Below, piece after piece: positions 55,006-64,000 of a stretch of DNA of 64,000 bases. Position 1 is the first letter of the stretch. Every line of letters begins with the position of its first letter. This DNA is from the human T2T-CHM13v2.0 reference genome, Homo sapiens, in the NCBI RefSeq assembly GCF_009914755.1, contig NC_060927.1. The stretch is one strand, 5' to 3'. A program made the position numbers and the translations under genes. The notes under the pieces are model-generated. The model was given only the letters and a program-made list of their open reading frames with translations. It was not told where the DNA came from and did not search any database.

Positions 55006-56005
55006 TGCCAAGTGTCTTTTAAAAAGTTTAACTAGTTTCAAATATTTAAAAATCATATTTTATATAAAAATAGTTTCTTCAGTTCTCTTATACATCTGAC
55101 ACCTGAAAAACGAACCCATATCTGAGATGGTGCCAATGGGCACCATTGCTATCTAGTTTACAGAAACTGCACAGTCTGTCACCTTATCTACCTGACTCTA
55201 GGAAAAGAATTGAAGCAAAGAGATATAGATCAGGTTTTCAACATCCAAGAATTGTGTGACTTGTATGGAAAGCGTACCCGCAAATTAGATATTTGGTTAC
55301 ATGCAAAAATAGAATTTGCATAATCACATAATTATTAAACTCAGGCATTTTTCAAAGGCTCTGAAAATCACACAGTCCACTCATTCTAATATTCATTTTT
55401 TTCATACTCTCAAAATGTTATTTTCATTAAGTTTATTTTCCCTTGCTCAGAGTTTGATCTGGATATTTGAATCAATTTCTCTGTGTAGAAAGAGTGGCAA
55501 AAAAAAGACTGATTTAAGTGGAGAAATTTAGTTCATTAACATATTTATATCCCTTCTGCAATGTGACTATTCATTTTTCTGTGTTTCTAGATTAGAAACT
55601 TCTTGTCATAAAGATATGTCAGTTTCTAAGGCCAACAGAAAATAAGCTATTATCAGCTACATGTGTGAAAGGTGACTAGAAACTGAATGATCTGATACTA
55701 ATTAATTTGATGATTTAATGAAACAAATTTTGTTTTACCCTTGAGTATCAATCCTAAATGAGTACATCCTTATATTTAAATTGAAATACCAATTTTTAAA
55801 GAGTAAAAGCTATAACAACTGAAGTCATATTTAAATATAAATTCATTTGATATATAGTAATATGTATGTTATATTGATTTTAACATACATATTTCTGAGG
55901 ATGTATTCATGCACATTTAATAAACACATATTTTTAGATTAGTTTCACCTATGCTCAGAAGAACACAGGTTATCTTACCAATGCAAACTAGACCTTTCTT
56001 CATAT

Positions 56006-56092
56006 TACTCCTTCCCTTCCTTCCTTCTTTCCTTCCCTCCTTCCCTCCCTCCCTCCCTCCCTCCCTCCCTCCCTTCCTTCCTCCCCTCCTTT
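56006..56092. repeat. (CCTT)n/(CCCT)n polypyrimidine tract
   Basis: about 85 nt purine-free on +, at the tail of an antisense L2 (tttattgaacacctactat at 56101). Confidence 0.95.
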
Positions 56093-56661
56093 CAGAAGTA
56101 TTTATTGAACACCTACTATATGTCAGGTATTGTTCTAGGGATATAGCAGTGAACAAGACAAGCGGAAGATTCAGCACTCATGAGGGTTGCATTCTTTATT
56201 CAATCTATTTCAAAAATACACTTTTTTAAGGGTTTTTTAGGGGTTTTTAAAAGCCCTTAAAGGTTGCAAGCCATTGTGTTCCCTTCTTCAAAATGAGGCC
56301 AATTGTCTATGTTGATCCTAGTGTGGCAGATGTTAAGGTAATTTTCCAAGTATAATTAAGTCTAAATAATCACTTAGGACAAAATGCTGGGCTACGGTAT
56401 CAAAAAAGGGAGTTTAAAATACAAGTAGTCTGGGATAGGTTTATGATGATTCTGTTAATTCAGTGTTGAAGTGGCGTATACTATCACTTCTCAAATGCTT
56501 TGCAAGTTCCAACTGTGGGACATACATATGCTAGGAGCTGGCAAGAGAAAGGTGAATAAGCCTTGGCCCCTGCACTCAAGCATGATAGGGTAGCTGTGGA
56601 GGTTATGAGTACTAGAATAAAAGGTGTTAAGACAAAAGATACCTTAAAAAGCAGGTGGGAG

Positions 56662-57016
56662 GGAGACTCAGTCTACTCCTGCTGCTATAACAAAATTCCA
56701 CAGGCTGAATAATTTTATATGATAGAGATCTGTTTCTCACAGTTCTAGAGGCTGGGAAGTCCAAGATGAAGGTGCTGGCATTTGATGTCTGGTGACAATT
56801 GCTCTCTGCTTCCAAGATAGTGTCTTGATGCTGTGCCCTCACATGGCAGGGTCGAGGGGGAGAAAGGTTTCCTAGTTCCCTTCAGCCCTTTTGTAAGGCA
56901 GTAATCCCATCCATGGGGGCGGAGGCTCTTAAAGGCCCCACCTCCCAATCCTGTTGGGTTGGGTATTAGGTTTCAGCATGAATTTTGGAGGGAGCACAAA
57001 CATTCAAATCATAACA
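56662..57016 (-). mobile_element. MST/MLT1A-type MaLR LTR
   Basis: gctgctataacaaaa...ctcacagttctagaggctgggaagtccaagat...acaaacattcaaatcataaca. Confidence 0.88.
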
Positions 57017-57299
57017 GAAGGTCACAGTAGCAGATCAGAAAGGAATGAGGGCAGGTTTCCCAGAGAAAAGGATGTTTAAGCTGAATCTTGAAGAATCATT
57101 TATTATTATTACTATTTATATTAAAAATCATTATTAATAGAAACTAGTATTTATTTTTTATTTGTTAGAATAAATGAAAGCAGAGATTTTTACTGTTTAA
57201 TCTGCTTCTGAATCTCAATTACCTAAAATTATGTGTTGCACATAATAGGCAATTAATAAATATTTGCTGAATGAATGTGCCAGATATGGCACTAATTAA

Positions 57300-57480
57300 T
57301 TATTATGAATTTTTCAAGTCTGCAAAACAGCCCTATAAAGAAGTTATTATAATTATTTTTCCCATTTCACAGATGAGAACAATGGGGATTTAAAAATTAA
57401 GCAACTTGTTTAAGGTTATGGAGTTTTGACTAGGTAAAGCCAGGAGAGTGATTAGACAGAGGGACTCCAGAGTCTGTGCT
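57300..57480 (-). mobile_element. MIR
   Basis: cccatttcacagatgagaa...ttaagcaacttgtttaaggtt. Confidence 0.65.
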
Positions 57481-57950
57481 GTGGATGAGCAAAGGTTTTG
57501 GAGATGACAAATGAACATCATGTTTGTTGCATACAGGGGACAAAGGCTTAAAAATATAGCCAAATCTTTAAGGTTGTTGCATTTCTTCCAATGAATTATG
57601 GGTTTTACTAGTAAGACAGAGGGCAGTTATATGAAAAATTAGAAGCAATGGGATGAAATGATCAGAATTTTACCTTAGAAAATTAAATCAAAATACTATA
57701 TCAATATTCCAGAGTAGACAAAAACTTCAGGCAGTAAAGTCAGTTAAGAGTTTCTTCCGGTAAACATACTGTGGATTAGGAGAACTCTTTTTTGTTCCAT
57801 GCTTCCCTTTTGTAATTACTGGGTCACCAACCTGCAACTTGTCCCTTTGTAGATCTCATTTCTCTTGTGTTATAATTTTAACTTTTAGTAATAAAATGGT
57901 TTGAATGTGTAAAGGAAAATACTTGTTGTAAAGGAACATTGTCCATATAA

Positions 57951-58265
<315 letters not shown>

Positions 58266-61235
58266 TAAATTTACCAAATCTTATTTGTATTTACTCTTCT
58301 GTCCCTACAGCCAAATTTCATTCATTGCTGTACAACCAATTTTGTAGGTAAACTGAGCTACTTGTAATTTTCAGAATGTGCCTTACATTTTGTCTTCAGC
58401 TCTAGATCTTTTTTTCAAGAAAATTAATGTTAATTGATAACTCTATTTTTTACCTTTCTGGCCACTGTTTTTATGCGTCTTTCCATCATCCATTCATCTT
58501 TCCATCTATCCATTTATCTATTCCATAAATATTTATTGTTTTATGCTTATAGATATTATCAGTGATAAATAGTATTATATATTAAACATTTTTTTCTTAA
58601 ACAGTGCATTTGCCTTAAAAAATCTTTTCAATCTAAAACTTTAACTTTCTGTGCCCACTTTAATTTTTGAATAACAGTACAGTTTAAGAAAGAAAACAAA
58701 ATGACATATTGAAACTGTCTTCAAAAACTACACTTAAAAAAACTATACATAGAAAAGGTTATTGCCCTGAAGTTAGAAAACACATTTGAAAAATGGAAGG
58801 ACTTTTGCCTACATCCTGCTCAAATTTCATTCAGCTTTTGTACCTTATACATTGATTTTGGGTATGCAGGTCAGTGCATAATATGCATTGTAAACTGGTA
58901 ATGAAATATAAGCAGTAAAAACTTATTGACTGTGGTATTAGCTGATATTTCAAATGCAGAATCTCCTCAAGAGCTCCCTTCAGGGGATCTTCAAAGAATG
59001 TAGCAGAAAAGTTATCCACTATCACACAATAACACATAGTTTAAAGCAAAGAATTTCCACACAGCAAGAATACAGACTATGTTAAGAAAATATGGAACTC
59101 TAGGTTAGTGTCAAGGTGGAACTCTGAATTAGGCTCGCCACTACAAGTTTTGAAGGGAAATAATTTGTTAGCTATGAACAGGAGATTTGAAAACAATAGG
59201 AAGATACCATCTTGAACTATGATTTCTTGTTGAGATGCATTTTCTCCAAATATATGACTGCATGTGCACTCTTCAGCCTATGTGCTCTGTACTGATAAAT
59301 CTTAAATTCATAGTGTTACTGATAAAAAAAAGTATCCATAAAATACTTTGCCTCTGTATCTTTTTAATAAAAGGCATACATTATCCCCATAAGACAAGGC
59401 TGTTTTCAAATTTGATGGTTACAAGCTGTGATGAAGCTTCTTATGAAGTAACTTGGCAATTCATCTTTCCACTTTCCTTTGTTACATACATCTATATTAA
59501 AATTAAGTTTCATCGATTACATTTAGGCAATGAATTTTAGCCTCTCAGTTTATTTCAGTTGAACATAGATTCCAGAGCTAGGAAAATTATTTCTGTGTTA
59601 CCGTTTGCATCTTACCTTGGGACATGAGAGTTACATTTATCTGTAGCTTATTGTTTTCAGTAGTCTACTCAGAAAGCAAATTGCAGTCATTCTTCACTAG
59701 AGCTCAAATGTCCCGTGTGAGGTTAGCAAATTTCTGCCAATTGCCATTGGTCTGGAGCTTAGAATAAAAATTGTCTTCACATAAGGACTATTGAATTTTA
59801 AAGATGATACTCATTATATTTGTTTAGACCATACCTTAATAACTTAATAATTATAACAGCTAACCTCTGTTCAAAACATTAAAATATGCCCCACACCCTC
59901 CCCCACAAAAAGAAATAGTTGGTTTAGGAACATTTGAATCAAATACAGAAACACTATCATCATAAAATCTCACATTGTTTTTACAATACTGAGTCCCTTT
60001 ATTACATTAAAACTTCAAAATAATCTTAGATTATATTCAAAAGTTTAGTTAATATAATAACTATATATATAAACTATTCTGTATGTATTTGCATTTATAT
60101 TTTGAAACTGTCTTATTACAAATGTGTCTTATGATTTTAACTTGATGGAAAATGATAAGACATACATTAAAGAGATTCTTTTTAGATGATATTACTTAAT
60201 ACAAGATAATTATAACTGTAATTTTTACCAGTATGCTAGACAATGCATCTAAGATGAAATTCATTAAAGTTTCATTACTCTGAGCTGTGTTAGCCCACAT
60301 TAGTTAAGTAGTGGGACCTGTACACTTAAATTCATAATCCCAGCCTACTTTATTTATTTTTCCTCATGTTCTTTCTCTTTGGCTTTCTACTCCTCTGTAG
60401 GTCTGTCACGGAAGTGTGGAGCCAGTTCTGTCTTCCCTCCTTTCTAAATGATTATCATATTCTTTTGAGAAAATGTTGGTCTTGCCCCTCCTTGTGTTTC
60501 AACCTATTCCATGTGCAACTTCTGTATTGTGGATTAGTCATATCCCATCAGAATTAAAACTTCTAAGGACAGTATGTTCAGTATGACATTGAATGTGTAG
60601 ACCCTAGAGTCTGCCATATAACAGAGACAGTGAAGTGTACCCAATAAATAAAACAAGGTAATTTTGTTGTTATCTTGGTAATGTGGACCATATGGACAAA
60701 AACATAGAAATAATAAAATAGATTAATTAAATTCAGTTAGATAATCCATGTAAAGTCTTCAGCACAGTGCCTAGTAAATAGCAAGCATTCAATTAATATG
60801 TTATAATAAATATTATAAATATTAGATATTATTATCATTAACAGTATTTTGCATCTTGACTTAATTGTAGATTCTCATTATATCTATTGATACAGCAAGT
60901 GTTTCTCAACGATCAAACAGGGCCGTATACATCTGGCCATAGACTTCAATTCACAAAAATTCTCAAACTTAGTTGATGATTAACAGCTGCTTATCGTATT
61001 TTGCTAAAAATGGTTTTGAGACTAAGACCGATTATGAGTGTGTTATGCAGTAGTTTAATAACATCTGCAACGGACGGAGCCAGTCTGCATTCCACATATA
61101 TGGAATATGTGTAGAAATGTGCTTATTTAAAATAGTAATAAAGCTCATACAATGTGTTTCTAGTCTGAAACAAATTGTATGTTATCTCCATTTTTCTTCC
61201 AAAATGTCATAACATCTTCCTCATGATGGTGATAC

Positions 61236-61523
61236 TTTTTTTTTTTTGAGATGGAATCTCGCTCCATTGCCCAGGCTGGAGTGTGAGTGCAGTGGCACAA
61301 TTTTGGTTCACTGCAGCCTCCGCCTCCCAGGTACAAGCAATTCTCCTGCCTCAGGCTCCCGGACTACAGGTGTGTGCTGCCAAACCAGCTAATTTTGTAT
61401 TTTTAGTAGAGACGGGGTTTCACCATGTTGGCCAGGCTTGTCTCGAACTCCTGACCTTGTGATCTGCCCGTCTCGACCTCCCAAAGTGCTGGAATTAAAG
61501 GTGTGAGACACCGCATCCGGCCG
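61236..61523 (-). mobile_element. AluS (Sg/Sc-like)
   Basis: ctcgaactcctgaccttgtgatc; degenerate TSD gatggtgatactt/gatgttgttactt. Confidence 0.93.
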
Positions 61524-62817
61524 ATGTTGTTACTTTCTATTTTAAGAGAAGTGTTTGTGGTAAGAAGCATAATAATCAAAAATAGTGAAAATCAATGCCT
61601 CCTTGAAAATTATAATGATGCAAGTTTGTTGTTTAAAACAAGATCTGTTAGGAAGACAGTAGACTCTTAAGTTTACTTCACCATAATAAAGTAGTCTTTA
61701 AGCATTGTGAATAGAAAAATTAAACATATATATGAGCATTCTTATTCAGGGATAATTTTATAACATGTTTTCTTCATAACATTATTAATTATTTTCTACA
61801 TGGCAGTGAATTTACTTAATAAGATTTTCTTTTTCTGTATATATTTATGCCTAATTATGAAGAATATCCTTGGCATTAATAATGCAAATCTTAATTATAA
61901 ATTAGAAAATTGATGTACCCTTTTGGCTAAATTATTGCAATGACTTTCTATAAAGTAGGATTATTTGGATAACAATCTCTGGGGTATCTGAGTTTTGCTT
62001 TAATTGTTTTCAGTGTTTTTTACAGCCCTGCATGGTTTAGAACTTTGTGTTCATGCATAGTGAATAGCCAACTTGAAAACCTCATGAATTGTACAGTTCA
62101 GATACCTGTACAAATTGTTTTGGTTTATAAAAGCTATCATAGACATTAATAACGTCACATATAAATTCCTGTTATACTAAATTGATATGCATGATGCTTT
62201 CTTAATTCTTTATTTTAAAAAATGGGAATCATGACTGAGTAGCTATTTGACTGATTTTAAGAAATCTGGTAAAATGTTCGCTTTCATTGTGCATTTTCCC
62301 GCAAAATGATGGCTTTCCACTTTAGGGATTAAGTAACTTAGAAAACTGTGAAATAAAGCAACGGTTGCCAATTTTTTCTCATCATGAAACAATAAAGAAT
62401 AATAGTCATTTTTTGTTTTATAGAAGATAGATATGTTAGAAATATCAGAACATTTTTTTATAACCTGGTACCATTTAAATCTACCAAGTTCTACATTTTA
62501 TATAGGCTGGGATAAAAATCACTTCAAAGGAACTGAATTTTGATCATCTTCACAACAATTTGTCTTGTTTGAAAAATGAAGTTTAGTGTAATCCCACCAC
62601 TGCTACTCAAACTTTTGCTAAACTGTCTAGAATAATTACACTTTTGGGTTGAATTCAGTTTGCTAGAGAAACAAGGATTGGCTTCCATGCACATTTTAAA
62701 GAACTTAAATTTGGATGTGAAGATGTATTATGAAACTCCCCCTTGCTGATAACTTAAATAAGGACCTGTCAAGTATCAAACAGGTGACAGCTATTGTTCT
62801 ATACTAACAGTAAAATC

Positions 62818-62990
62818 CAGTGTTTCCTAGATATAACATCGTTTTGTGTATTGCAATCATCATGGGAGCTTGTTAAAAATACAGATGTCCAGGCTGCATC
62901 CAAGACCTATTGAATAAGAATCTCTAGATATGGAAACCAAGGTGTTTTAAGTAACCCAGGTGGTTTTGAAATTGTGTCAGAGCTACTGAA
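62818..62990. mobile_element. MER5-family MITE
   Basis: cagtgtttc...aatcatcatgggagcttgttaaaaatacagat...gacctattgaataagaatctct. Confidence 0.7.
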
Positions 62991-63676
62991 ACAGTAAGTC
63001 CCTCATTGAACTATGGAAGTATCTCTACCTTAGAAGTCATACAAGTCATATTTGAGAAGAATTTGAACACTTTTTAATTCATATCTTAATAAATAAAATT
63101 TCATTGTAGAAAATTTTAAAATTATGGAGCATATGATACTAAATTATTAGAAAAAAGTAGTTTGTGGGGAATTAAATAGCATTGTAAGGAAATTGATAAG
63201 ACTTCTAAAGTTTTTGTAGCTTGTTTGTTTTTATAAACTTTGACCTACTTCTATATGAGTTCTTGCGTTTATTAGAAGTAAAACTCTGTAAAGTAAAAGA
63301 TGTTTGTCCCTGTTTTGAGAAACACTGTAGATAATGAGGAAGGAAGGGACACAATAGTTGAACTTGATAAGAGAAATGTGAAGGAAAAATTACCCAGAAA
63401 CCACATGGCCTGAGAAAGTGAAGCTGGGAGTGAAGTGGAGTGAAGCTTTTTGAGCCATCTCTGGACAGAGGAGTGTATCTGAGTCTTTAGGACTCATGTC
63501 AGTTCCTCAGCATGAATCATACAGCATTATTCTTTTTCATGTAGTAACATGGTCCAGGTTTTATTTGTATATGTATTATGCAGCACATAAGTGTGAAATT
63601 GTAAGTATATGCCTAGATTTGTTAATAGGGATATAGGTGGATGAGGGGTGTAGAGGGAAAGAAAAATAAAAAATTC

Positions 63677-64000
63677 GTTTTCCATTTGCTTGGTAGATCT
63701 TCCTCCATCCTTTTATTTTGAGCCTATGTGTGTCTCTGCACGTGAGATGGGTTTCCTGAATACAGCACACTGATGGGTCTTGACTCTTTAGCCAATTTGC
63801 CAGTCTGTGTCTTTTAATTGTAGCATTTCGTCCATTTACATTTAAAGTTAATATTGTTATGTGTGAATTTGATCCTGTCATTATGATATTAGCTGGTTAT
63901 TTTGCTCGTTAGTTGATGCAGTTTCTTCCTAGTCTCAATGGTCTTTACATTTTGTCATGATTTTGCAGTGGCTGGTACCAGTTGTTCCTTTCCATGTTTA
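63677..64000 (-). mobile_element. L1PA fragment: ORF1 end, spacer and ORF2 endonuclease N-terminus; runs off the window
   Basis: MTGSNSHITILTLNVNG...RHRLANW.KSQDPSVCCIQETHLTCRDTHRLKIKGWRKIYQANGK from the ATG at 63881. Confidence 0.97.

Overview
AT-rich primate genomic DNA (human or great ape, judged from AluY and L1PA2-5 elements). I find no protein-coding exon, RNA gene, CpG island or prokaryote-type system that I can support. The window is mostly interspersed repeats: 13 Alu/FLAM, 3 young L1PA pieces, an old L1M, about 10 solo LTRs, mariner/Tigger/hAT MITEs, and many MIR/L2 relics. Almost all listed ORFs are repeat-derived or chance. LTRs and Alus are strongly biased to the minus strand, which suggests a long intron of a plus-strand gene (inference; host not identified). 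The most interesting items are rearrangement scars (a twin-primed L1, a microinversion inside an MLT1 LTR, a 150-bp duplication with a templated junction), a MADE1 hairpin with a symmetric substitution, AluY copies sharing non-CpG variants, candidate cryptic or micro-exons next to UG repeats, and compact NF-kB/ATF and ETS-RUNX motif clusters. I see no convincing undescribed biological system. Subfamily names come from remembered consensus sequences and need RepeatMasker/Dfam confirmation.
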